A stretch of 46,704 nt of DNA from Verrucomicrobiota bacterium (GTDB lineage Bacteria > Verrucomicrobiota > Verrucomicrobiia > Chthoniobacterales > JAFAMB01), in NCBI GenBank assembly GCA_019236675.1, contig JAFAIO010000109.1, positions 1 to 46,704 of the forward strand. Reading direction: 5' to 3'. A program made the translations under genes and the position numbers. This document shows, in pieces, positions 18,114 through 26,774 of this stretch (its first letter is position 1; each line of letters starts with the position of its first letter). Below the pieces are notes generated by a model. That model was given only the letters and a program-made list of their open reading frames with translations. It was not told the DNA's origin and searched no databases.

Positions 18114-19019
18114 CTATCCCTGTCCGCTAATCGCCTTCGGTTTCTGGGGCACAGACAGCTGCGTTCGAGCCTCCTTACGGATCTCTTCAAGAAAAAGGCT
18201 GGGAAGCACAGCCAAAGGTTCTTGCCAAAAAGCTGCGATCTTCACCCGAGGGAAATCGTCGAGATCGATTGCCTGAAGCTTGGGTCCGAATTCAAGGCCC
18301 GGGGCGCGGACCGATAGACCAACCCCGTAGCCGGCAGCCACATAGGTCAGTACCATCTCCAAGGTCGAGAGTTCGATGTTAATTTCCCAAGGCGGACCGT
18401 GTTGCCGCAGACCATCTTGAAATGTCCGATAAAGGGCAGAGTTAGCCGGCACCGATATCAGCGGCTGAGCCCGTTGGGCTAGGATCTCCTTCGCTTTTTT
18501 CGTTTTAGCGTCAACCGCAACGAGGAGAACCAGGGGGAGTTCAGCCAGCACCTCGGTTTGAATGCCGCTGGGCGGTTTGGTGTAAAGTTCGGTCACAGCG
18601 AGGTGAACCTCCTGGGCCAAAACGTAGTCTTCGGCCATGGATTGGTCCGCCTCACGGAGAATTAGCTTTAGCTCCGGGACGTGCTGCTTGACCCGGTCCA
18701 GTAGCCTGGGGCCGTACTCTCGCAGTAAAGCTGTCGAGGCAGCAAGACGGAGCTCTTTGTTTTGGTGACCCCTGAGCTCTCCCGAAACAAGCTCAAGATT
18801 CTCAAAAAATGGTTGGATAAAGCGAAAGAGACGCTCTCCCGCAGGAGTCAAAGAGAAGGGTCTTCGATGGAACAGTTTCTGGCCCAAATATTCTTCGAGC
18901 TGTAGAATCTGGCCACTCACCGCCGGTTGCTGGATGCCATAAGGCATATGCCGAACCGCTGAGCTGATTCCGCCATGCTTGGCAACATAGAAAAAGAGCT
19001 CTAAGTGGTGGACATTCAC
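18114..19019 (-). CDS. LysR-family transcriptional regulator
   Basis: 301 aa with an N-terminal wHTH (HHLELFFYVAKHGGISSAVRHMPYGIQQPAVSGQILQLEEYLG) and a substrate-binding domain. Confidence 0.9.
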   Translation of the reverse strand: MNVHHLELFFYVAKHGGISSAVRHMPYGIQQPAVSGQILQLEEYLGQKLFHRRPFSLTPAGERLFRFIQPFFENLELVSGELRGHQNKELRLAASTALLREYGPRLLDRVKQHVPELKLILREADQSMAEDYVLAQEVHLAVTELYTKPPSGIQTEVLAELPLVLLVAVDAKTKKAKEILAQRAQPLISVPANSALYRTFQDGLRQHGPPWEINIELSTLEMVLTYVAAGYGVGLSVRAPGLEFGPKLQAIDLDDFPRVKIAAFWQEPLAVLPSLFLEEIRKEARTQLSVPQKPKAISGQG

Positions 19020-19090
19020 GTTAGGATTAGCGCGGTATTCGGTGCGACTACTGTTTCTGGCCGGTAACAGCGCGGGGCGCGAGTAAAAAG

Positions 19091-19268
19091 AGGAGCTAGG
19101 AGCTAGAATCTAGGAGCTAGGAGGGGGTTATCCACGTGGTGGTGTCGGCGGAAAGAAGTGGACCTGGTAGACTGAGGGGACGCGCTAAGGTTCACCGGTG
19201 AGCGGCTATTGCCCGCACTGCGGTTCCGCAGACTCCTCCTAGCTCCTGGATTCTAGTTCCTAGCTCCT
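19091..19268. repeat. intergenic hairpin element E4 with GGAGCTA-type arms
   Basis: Left arm AGGAGCTAGGAGCTAGAATCTAGGAGCTAGGAGGGG (19091..19126). Right arm TCCTCCTAGCTCCTGGATTCTAGTTCCTAGCTCCT (19234..19268). The inner 19174..19230 is a fragment of repeat family R-B. Confidence 0.9.
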
Positions 19269-19322
19269 ATATGGACTTGCCCCTGATAAACGCTTATATA
19301 GATCAACAGCCTTCATAGCGAC

Positions 19323-20408
19323 ATGTCTTCTCTTTTTGGTGTTCTATTTCGGGTGATGACCTGGGGTGAGTCCCACGGGGGCGGAGTCGGTGTTGTAATT
19401 GATGGTTGCCCGCCGAGAATCGTCGTCTCGGAACAGGATATTCAAGTGGAATTGGATCGGCGACGACCGGGTCAAAGCGAGATCGTGACTCCGCGAAAGG
19501 AGGCTGACAAATGCGAGATCTTGTCCGGTGTTTTCGAAGGCAAAACGTTGGGCACCCCGATTTCAATCATGGTTCGAAACCAGGATGCGCGGCCGGAAGC
19601 TTATCGCGAGATGGAAGCGGCCTATCGACCGTCTCATGCGGACTTCACTTATCAAGCGAAGTTCGGGATCCGAAACTGGCAAGGTGGCGGTAGGGCTTCT
19701 GCCCGTGAAACCATCGGGCGTGTGGCTTCGGCCGCAGTGGCCCGTAAAGTGTTAGCGCAAACTATCCCCGGATTCGACATAGTGGCTTATGTCCGCCAGA
19801 TCCATACTCTCGAAGCCGAGATCGATTCACGCACGGTGACACTCCAGGAAGTCGAAAGCTCCATCGTCAGGTGTCCGCACGCAGAGACAGCCACAAAGAT
19901 GATCGAATTGATTCAGACGATGCGCAAAGAGGGGAACTCGGTCGGAGGTATCATCGAATGCGTGATCCGCGGTGTTCCGCCCGGCTTGGGTGAACCGGTT
20001 TTTGACAAGCTAGAGGCTGATCTTGGGAAAGCATTGCTGAGTCTGCCAGCTGCGAAAGGAATTGAGTTTGGATCCGGGTTCGCCGGGACACGGATGACGG
20101 GAGCCGAACACAACGACCCTTACGAATTCCAAGGCGGCCGGGTGCGCACGAAGTCTAATTACTCTGGCGGTATACAAGGCGGGATCAGTAACGGTGAAGA
20201 CATTGTTTTGCGGGTGGCCTTTAAACCGACTGCCACGATTTTGCGTCCCCAGACCACCGTGAACGTGGCCGGAGAATCCGTCGAATTGGCTGCCCGCGGC
20301 CGTCATGACCCATGCGTTCTTCCCCGAGCAGTGCCGATCGTTGAAGCGATGGCCATACTGGTCGTCTGTGATCACTGGCTACGGCATCGGGCTCAGAATT
20401 TTCTTTGA
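19323..20408 (+). CDS. aroC: chorismate synthase
   Basis: 361 aa. N-terminal [23 protein letters not shown] and later [13 protein letters not shown] are canonical AroC motifs. Confidence 0.95.
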   Translation: MSSLFGVLFRVMTWGESHGGGVGVVIDGCPPRIVVSEQDIQVELDRRRPGQSEIVTPRKEADKCEILSGVFEGKTLGTPISIMVRNQDARPEAYREMEAAYRPSHADFTYQAKFGIRNWQGGGRASARETIGRVASAAVARKVLAQTIPGFDIVAYVRQIHTLEAEIDSRTVTLQEVESSIVRCPHAETATKMIELIQTMRKEGNSVGGIIECVIRGVPPGLGEPVFDKLEADLGKALLSLPAAKGIEFGSGFAGTRMTGAEHNDPYEFQGGRVRTKSNYSGGIQGGISNGEDIVLRVAFKPTATILRPQTTVNVAGESVELAARGRHDPCVLPRAVPIVEAMAILVVCDHWLRHRAQNFL

Positions 20409-20414
20409 TGCGTC

Positions 20415-21236
20415 ATGACCGGTGAGGCACCCCAGCAATGGCAAGGAGGATTGCTGATTGTTTTTGCCATCTGCGTAGCCTACTCCACGATTCGCGGTAG
20501 TTTCCGCGGGCTCTTGCTTCAGCTTCTGATTCCAGTAGCGGTCGTCGTCTCCGCGTTAATCGTTTATTTCTTGGCAGACCCGTCCCTCAATGTGCTGGGG
20601 ATGAGTTCGAACACGATCTCTCCGGGCGGCCTGATGCTGGCGCGTGTGCTCATGGGCATACTTTGCTTTTATTTAATGATGCTCGCAGGCGGGTTCCTGT
20701 TCCGGAGGACCCGGGACTATGACTTGATACTCTCTCGCTTGATTTCAGGTGTCGGCGGATCGTTCCTGGGATTCATCTACGGTCTAGTTGCAGTTTGGTT
20801 CCTCATGATTCTTATCCATGTGATTGGCCGAGTCGCTGAAGATGAAGTGGCGCTGCAGACTAGTCGGGGGTTATCTCCCGCTCCCGTGATCTCAACGTTT
20901 GCCAGAGCAAAAGCATCCCTTGACTCGGGCTGGTTAGGCGATGTAAGTCGCGCGCTCGATCCGGTCCCAGGTTCGGTTTACGATGCCATCGATCGTTGGA
21001 GCTCCATTCTGTCGCGTCCGGATGCTGTTAAACAGTTGATGGCGGACCCGGTGTTCAGGCCGTTGAGCAACAATCCAAGCTTTCAAGCTCTGGCCAGTGA
21101 TCCGGAGCTCTCGACTTCGATTGAGAAGGGCGATCTCCTTGGCGTGGTGACCAACCCAAAGCTTGTCCAGTTCTTTACTAACGGTGAGGTCAGGCAGGAG
21201 TTGGTCGGTAAACAGTGGAAAGGGGCAGGACGGTAG
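20415..21236 (+). CDS. integral membrane protein (CvpA-like, tentative)
   Basis: 273 aa with four predicted TM helices in the N-terminal 140 aa and a soluble C-terminal region. It starts 6 nt after aroC. Confidence 0.45.
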   Translation: MTGEAPQQWQGGLLIVFAICVAYSTIRGSFRGLLLQLLIPVAVVVSALIVYFLADPSLNVLGMSSNTISPGGLMLARVLMGILCFYLMMLAGGFLFRRTRDYDLILSRLISGVGGSFLGFIYGLVAVWFLMILIHVIGRVAEDEVALQTSRGLSPAPVISTFARAKASLDSGWLGDVSRALDPVPGSVYDAIDRWSSILSRPDAVKQLMADPVFRPLSNNPSFQALASDPELSTSIEKGDLLGVVTNPKLVQFFTNGEVRQELVGKQWKGAGR

Positions 21237-21274
21237 GATGAATGGCAGATGAGCCTGTAGGGCGTCTGAATTTA

Positions 21275-21559
21275 CCGCGAAGCGGCTATACATCATAGCC
21301 CAGGGCTTCAGTCCTGGGTCAGCGTGCGCGTGAGGCGCATTGTTCTCGTCCTCCCGCCTTCGCCTAGCCTACGGCGCGGCAGGCTGTCGTCGTCGTCCTC
21401 GAGAGGGCTGATTGATAGGTATGCGCGCCGGAATCGCTGCTGTGTGCCTTTTCCGAATTGCACCCCGCGTCCGCGGGGTTGGTGCCGCTTTCAGGGCACT
21501 GCCTCGCACTGGCTAACCCAGGGCTGGAGCCTGGGCTATGGTCTATAGCCGCTTCGCGG
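21275..21559. repeat. TIR-flanked intergenic element E13
   Basis: The left arm CCGCGAAGCGGCTATACATCATAGCCCAGGGCTTCAGTCCTGGG (21275..21318) is the imperfect inverse complement of 21517..21559 (CCCAGGGCTGGAGCCTGGGCTATGGTCTATAGCCGCTTCGCGG). It encloses repeat family R-A. Confidence 0.8.
21337..21482 (+). repeat. dispersed repeat family R-A, copy 1
   Basis: GCATTGTTCTCGTCCTCCCGCCTTCGCCTAGCCTACGGCGCGGCAGGCTGTCGTCGTCGTCC and CCGAATTGCACCCCGCGTCCGCGGGGTT both recur in reverse orientation at 39375..39612. Confidence 0.8.
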
Positions 21560-21653
21560 CACAACCTTTCCAATGCGCTTGATTCAGTCCATGTTTCAAC
21601 CTATTTGCTGCGGTTGCTGCCGATGGACCTGATCCCTGTAGACTTATTCCGTT

Positions 21654-23117
21654 ATGAAGAGTGATTATATTGCGACGATTGGACTTGAGGTGCATGTCCA
21701 GCTGAAGACCAAGAGCAAAATGTTCTGTGGTTGCGCGATCGAGTACGGGGCTGAGCCAAACACGCATGTTTGCCCGACCTGCCTTGGGTTGCCCGGCGCA
21801 TTACCCGTGATGAATCTCGAAGCACTCAGAATGACGGCCCTGACCGGATTGATCTTTCAGTGCGACGTCGCTCCCATCTGCAAGTTCGATCGTAAGAACT
21901 ACTACTATCCGGACATGCCGAAAAATTACCAAATATCGCAGTACGATTTGCCAATCTGCCAGAACGGTGAGGTACCTCTGCACGATCTCGCTTATCCAAA
22001 AGACGCGCAAAAGAGCATCAAAAATGCGGATAAACGAGTCCGGCTGATCCGCATTCATTTAGAGGAGGACGTCGCTAAGAATTTCCATTTCGAGACAACG
22101 AGCGGTATCGATTTCAACCGAGCGGGAACCCCGCTGATGGAAATAGTTTCTCAACCGGACATTGAATCACCCGAAGAAGCGTTTGCTTATCTGACATCGC
22201 TGAAACAGGCCTTGATTTATGCGGATGTCAGCGATGCCGATATGGAGAAAGGCCAGTTGCGGTGCGATTGTAACGTCTCGGTCCGGCCGAGTCATCAGAC
22301 CGAGTATGGCGTTAAGATCGAATTAAAGAACCTGAATTCCATTAGCGGGGTGCGTCGCGCTTTGGCATTTGAGATCGATCGCCAAATTTCTGCCTTAGAA
22401 CGCGGAGAGAAATTGTCACAAGAGACCCGCCGCTGGGACGACGACAGAGGCGAAACTTTCCTGATGCGCACTAAGGAGTCGGCCCACGATTACCGGTATT
22501 TCCCGGATCCGGATTTGCTACCTGTAAAAACGGAGGTGTTTATGCCGGCGGTACGTGCACGGTTACCCGAACTGCCTTGGTTCAAGCGCGAACGTTTCGT
22601 CCGTGAATACGGGATTAGCAGCTATGACGCCGGAGTGCTGACGGACGATCTAGAACTCTCCCGCTATTTTGAAGCGGCTGCCAAAGGAGCCAAGAGACCG
22701 AAAGCGGTGGCCAACTACGTGCTAAACGATTTGTTGAGCGCCTTGGCGGCAGCTGGGAAGTCAGTGGAGGAGTGTCCCATCGAACCCCAGCACCTCGCAG
22801 AATTGACCGGATTGATCGAAGACGGGAAGATCAACAGCAAACAGGGAAAAGAAGTGTTTGCCGAGATGTTTGCGTCTGGTGAGGCTCCGGAAGAGATTGT
22901 TGAAGCAAAGGGCCTTAAACAGGAGAGCGATATTGACGCTATCAAGCTGCTTTGCCAGCAAACGATCGAAGCGAACCCGAAGTCGGTCGAAGACTATCGA
23001 GCTGGTAAAGGTGCCGCGATCAACTTTCTAAAAGGGCAGGTGATGAAGGCTTCAAAAGGGAAAGCGAACCCGAATCTTGTCGGAGAAACGCTGGAAAAAT
23101 TGTTGAGCGGAGTCTAG
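21654..23117 (+). CDS. gatB: Asp-tRNA(Asn)/Glu-tRNA(Gln) amidotransferase subunit B
   Basis: 487 aa. Has IGLEVHVQLKTKSKMFCGC, the CPTCLGLPGALP zinc-binding segment and a C-terminal YqeY-like tail. Confidence 0.95.
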   Translation: MKSDYIATIGLEVHVQLKTKSKMFCGCAIEYGAEPNTHVCPTCLGLPGALPVMNLEALRMTALTGLIFQCDVAPICKFDRKNYYYPDMPKNYQISQYDLPICQNGEVPLHDLAYPKDAQKSIKNADKRVRLIRIHLEEDVAKNFHFETTSGIDFNRAGTPLMEIVSQPDIESPEEAFAYLTSLKQALIYADVSDADMEKGQLRCDCNVSVRPSHQTEYGVKIELKNLNSISGVRRALAFEIDRQISALERGEKLSQETRRWDDDRGETFLMRTKESAHDYRYFPDPDLLPVKTEVFMPAVRARLPELPWFKRERFVREYGISSYDAGVLTDDLELSRYFEAAAKGAKRPKAVANYVLNDLLSALAAAGKSVEECPIEPQHLAELTGLIEDGKINSKQGKEVFAEMFASGEAPEEIVEAKGLKQESDIDAIKLLCQQTIEANPKSVEDYRAGKGAAINFLKGQVMKASKGKANPNLVGETLEKLLSGV

Positions 23118-23342
23118 GGGAGGAGTTAGGAGCTAGAATCTAGGAGCTAGGAGGGGTGCGCGAATGAGCGAAACGGCGATCCGAGGCGCGAAGCGCTGAA
23201 AGAGTTTAGCCTAAGCTGAGTCTGCGAGCCCTAGTTACAGGTGCGAAGAAAGTCGCCAGCGCTGAAAGCGCGAAAGAAATCGCCCATCCGTCATATCGCC
23301 CCTTCGTCACACCCCTCCTAGCTCCCAGATTCTATCTCCTAT
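23117..23342. repeat. intergenic hairpin element E5 with GGAGCTA-type arms
   Basis: Left arm 23117..23156 shares 30 identical nt with E4 (TAGGAGCTAGAATCTAGGAGCTAGGAGGGG). Right arm 23312..23342 reads CCCCTCCTAGCTCCCAGATTCTATCTCCT. The inner ends carry AATGAGCGAAACGGCGA and TCGCCCCTTCG, also seen in the E12 arms. It lies between convergent gatB and the M1 homolog. Confidence 0.9.
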
Positions 23343-23345
23343 CCA

Positions 23346-26300
23346 TCACCGCGGCGTTGGTGCGGGCGATGCCTTACCGCCCTTCGGTCTTGGTGTCGCC
23401 CAATAATGAACAGTTGGGGTCGGCGTCGGCTTGGCTGCTTGTTCAGTTGCCTTCCGCAAGTTGTCGAAGATTTGGCCGATGATTGTTTTCGGCTTAGGCG
23501 TTGGCGTCGGAGTCGGCTTCGGTTTTGGTGTACGTTTCACGGCAGCCCGTTTCTGAATGGTAGGAGACGGCTCGGGTGACGCCGCCGGAGGTTGAGATAC
23601 GTTTGAGGAATTCCCTTCGCGCTGTAACGAATCGGGAGCGGATTCTTCTGGCTTTGGTGAATCCATTGGAGCCGCCGCTTCGACCGGACTTGGAGAGGCA
23701 GCCGGGGTTGGGCTCGGCGTAGCCGGTTCAAGAGTCGGGCTAGGCTGCGCAACGACGGTTGGAACCGGTTGAGGCGTGCTCTGAATCATGCTTAACGGCT
23801 GTGGAATTGGCGTTGGTGTCGGCACCGGCACCAGCGGTAGGTGGGGTGTCGAATTTATTAAGACAACTGGGGCCGATGCCACCGGTTCTGGTGTCCCCCT
23901 AGGTTCTTGCGATACAACGATCTTGACCGCCGTTGACTCGGGAGTTGGAGTAGGTGTCGAGTTGTTCACTCCGGGGCTTGAGACGGGGCTCAAAGATGGG
24001 GCCACAGACGTAGTAAAAGTGCTGGTAATCGCCGGAGACTTTGGAACCGCTTCTACCTTCGTGCCGGCCTTTTTTTTAACCCAATCATCAATATCCGGGA
24101 GCAAGCGTTCGCGAAGTTTTGCCCGAGCTTGCAATAAATCGGCAGCCATTTGCGTTCTAACCAGACCGTTATCGATAGGTCGTTTCTTACTCAAGTTGAG
24201 GATTTCTTCGGCACTCTCCCGGTCGTACATCCCCTCCACAATAGCGGGCACCAGAACCGTCCATAACGTCTGAGATCGATCCCTTTCCAACAGGTCTAAC
24301 CGGTCCTTAACGAAGTTCCAGGCGAGGTCAGCGTGCTCCCCTTCAGAAGCGATTTTTGCGAATGCGCTAGCAGATTCTGCGGGTGACAACTCTTCGCTGA
24401 TAGCGAGGTCCAGTGTTTCCTCTGCTAGCTTTGGATCGAGAGCACACTCCATCGCGTGATAATAATCGTCTTTCGCTTCCAGTAAGGTGGCGTCACGCGC
24501 CAGTTGATGAAGCTGAGCGTATACTTTCTCCGAGCAGTATCGGCCGACCACGGCTACCACCACTCCGCGTAAATCCGGGGTGAGGCTGTTCGGGTCTTTG
24601 CGCATTTGCTCGAACCGCTCAAAAGCTTGGTTAATGACGGAACGATCACCAAAAACGCTCAGGGCCTGGATCAATTCGTTACGGAACAACTTGGTGGCGA
24701 GTTCTTCGTCGTTATTCGGATACCAGCCGAGTCGCTCCAGCAGAGGATTGAGCAGGGAGCAAACATATGCTTGATACGCTGCTCGGCCGGGTTGGCCCTG
24801 TTCCAAGCGATCGATTGTAATGAGCGCTTGAAGCAGGTTATGCCAAACACTGTAACTGGTTTCACCCTCTAGACTTTCCAAAAGTGTCAGATAGGTTGCG
24901 ATCGGGGAACGATTCGAAATCACCATAGCCCAGGAGTCTGAGACGACATCGACTCGCTCCTCTTCGCTCAATCGATCCCATTCCCGGAACAGCTTAGTGA
25001 AGAGATCAGGATCGTACCAAACCCGATAGAAACCGAGGTCGTTAGCGTTCACATTGAGAGCGCCCAAACAATCCGGGAAATCGAAGGTCTGCGTGATTTT
25101 ATCGAGTAAAGCGTAAGTCGGGCGATGCGGATTGAATGTCGAAAGGATCCCGACCGGAATATTCCATTGCTGCTCATTGCCCGGGGGCGGCTCTAAAGTG
25201 AACCGGGATTGCTCCAGCGTAACCACTTGTTTCGATTTAACGCACTCCGCGGTTACGCGGATCATCGGGTAGCCCGGTTGGGTCAGCCATGGCGATACGA
25301 TCTGGGAGACGGATCGGCCGCTAGTCTTATCCAACGCCGTCCAAAGGTTGGTGGCGGTCGCGTTCGAAAACTGATTCTGCTTTAGATAAAGCCGAATCCC
25401 ATTCTGGAAACCTTCATCGCCAAGAAAGCCTTCCAGCATGCGGATCACGTACTGCCCCTTCCAGGAAATGATATTCTCAAACCCGTCGTCTGCTTGAGGG
25501 TCGCGTTTGACCGGCGGTTGTATCGGGCGGGTATCACTGCGTTCGTCTTGCGCCATGGCCTGTTCTCGGTCAGCGGTCGCTCGTAACCAGCTTCGCCATT
25601 CGGGATGTAGTTTGTCTTCTGCTTTATGTGCTATCCAGGACGACAAGCTCTCGCTTAGCCAGCGATTATTCCACCAGGCCATCGTAACCAGGTCGCCGAG
25701 CCACTGCTGGGCTATTGCGCGCGACATGGTGGCGAAAATCTGTTCTTGTGCTTGAGAGGCACTGTTTAACGAATCGTATAGTAAAAGATTCTCGTCGTAA
25801 GCGATCGCACCCCAGCTTTCTACCGATCCTCCGAAATTTTGGGGAAGCGCAATCTGATCCAGCTTCGGCATTGGGTAAGGGACCCCAAAGTAGTCGCGAT
25901 AATAAGTTAGCAGCTTGCGTTCATTCTCCAGAGCAAACGCTCCTAATTTCGCCTTCCCCGCAATCGTGAGGACCCGGAGTTTTACGCCATCGACCTGGTC
26001 CTCAATGCTATCCAAACGTCCGCAGATCAAAGAAACGAGATAAGTGGACATCGGAGGCGATCGTCCAAAGACGACGATCTTCTTGTCGCTGCCGACCGGT
26101 TCTTCGGCCACGTCCGGCATGTTTGAAACGGCGGAGGTTTTCTTGTCGACTTTTACTGAGAGCTGAAAGGTGGCCCGAAAAGCGGGTTCATCCCAACACG
26201 GAAACATCTGCCGGGCCTTGTCTGGCCGCATTTGGGTCGCCAGAATCGTTTCCGTCTTTCCGTTTGCTTTATAATGCTGAAGGAAGAGGCCACGCGATTC

Positions 26301-26687
26301 GGTGTTGATCGGTGACCTGAAACAGAAGGAGAGGGTATAAGTGCCAGGGCGAAGATCCTGTGCCGTCTCGAATTTCACCTGCTGTTCATTGAGATCCGGT
26401 TGCGGAACGAGCTTCTCTCGAGCGCCGCTGTGGCTAAGTGTGGCGTTCCAGATCTTCATATCGCCCGCATTCATTACGATTTGACGGGTCGGCTTCAGCA
26501 CTTCGATTTCAACAGCCTCAGCTCCATCGGCCGTCATCTGGTTCTCGTCGGGCTCGAGATGTATAACGTAATGACGGGGCGCGATTGTTTTGGGGAGTTT
26601 CCCCGGCGCCGACTCAAAGCTGAACTCTTCTTCCGCATTCAAGCTGCTCGCCCAGCAACAGAAAACAAAGAAGGCCACGATACGCAT
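23346..26687 (-). CDS. M1 aminopeptidase-N-family homolog with degenerate active site and Pro/Thr-rich C-terminal tail
   Basis: 1113 aa with a signal peptide. It is colinear with M1/ERAP-type peptidases (FPCWDEPAF, WWNNRWLSES, ERAP1-C-like helical domain). However GAMEN reads GSVES (25815..25832) and HEXXH reads SRAIA (25710..25724). The last about 230 aa are PT/PS low complexity. Confidence 0.85.
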   Translation of the reverse strand: MRIVAFFVFCCWASSLNAEEEFSFESAPGKLPKTIAPRHYVIHLEPDENQMTADGAEAVEIEVLKPTRQIVMNAGDMKIWNATLSHSGAREKLVPQPDLNEQQVKFETAQDLRPGTYTLSFCFRSPINTESRGLFLQHYKANGKTETILATQMRPDKARQMFPCWDEPAFRATFQLSVKVDKKTSAVSNMPDVAEEPVGSDKKIVVFGRSPPMSTYLVSLICGRLDSIEDQVDGVKLRVLTIAGKAKLGAFALENERKLLTYYRDYFGVPYPMPKLDQIALPQNFGGSVESWGAIAYDENLLLYDSLNSASQAQEQIFATMSRAIAQQWLGDLVTMAWWNNRWLSESLSSWIAHKAEDKLHPEWRSWLRATADREQAMAQDERSDTRPIQPPVKRDPQADDGFENIISWKGQYVIRMLEGFLGDEGFQNGIRLYLKQNQFSNATATNLWTALDKTSGRSVSQIVSPWLTQPGYPMIRVTAECVKSKQVVTLEQSRFTLEPPPGNEQQWNIPVGILSTFNPHRPTYALLDKITQTFDFPDCLGALNVNANDLGFYRVWYDPDLFTKLFREWDRLSEEERVDVVSDSWAMVISNRSPIATYLTLLESLEGETSYSVWHNLLQALITIDRLEQGQPGRAAYQAYVCSLLNPLLERLGWYPNNDEELATKLFRNELIQALSVFGDRSVINQAFERFEQMRKDPNSLTPDLRGVVVAVVGRYCSEKVYAQLHQLARDATLLEAKDDYYHAMECALDPKLAEETLDLAISEELSPAESASAFAKIASEGEHADLAWNFVKDRLDLLERDRSQTLWTVLVPAIVEGMYDRESAEEILNLSKKRPIDNGLVRTQMAADLLQARAKLRERLLPDIDDWVKKKAGTKVEAVPKSPAITSTFTTSVAPSLSPVSSPGVNNSTPTPTPESTAVKIVVSQEPRGTPEPVASAPVVLINSTPHLPLVPVPTPTPIPQPLSMIQSTPQPVPTVVAQPSPTLEPATPSPTPAASPSPVEAAAPMDSPKPEESAPDSLQREGNSSNVSQPPAASPEPSPTIQKRAAVKRTPKPKPTPTPTPKPKTIIGQIFDNLRKATEQAAKPTPTPTVHYWATPRPKGGKASPAPTPR

Positions 26688-26774
26688 GGAATTCTAAAAA
26701 CAGTTTCGTTGGAGCAGGTCAGGTCAGGTTGACCAGGCGCCTACTCATTTGGCGGCAGCCGAGAGACGAAATCA

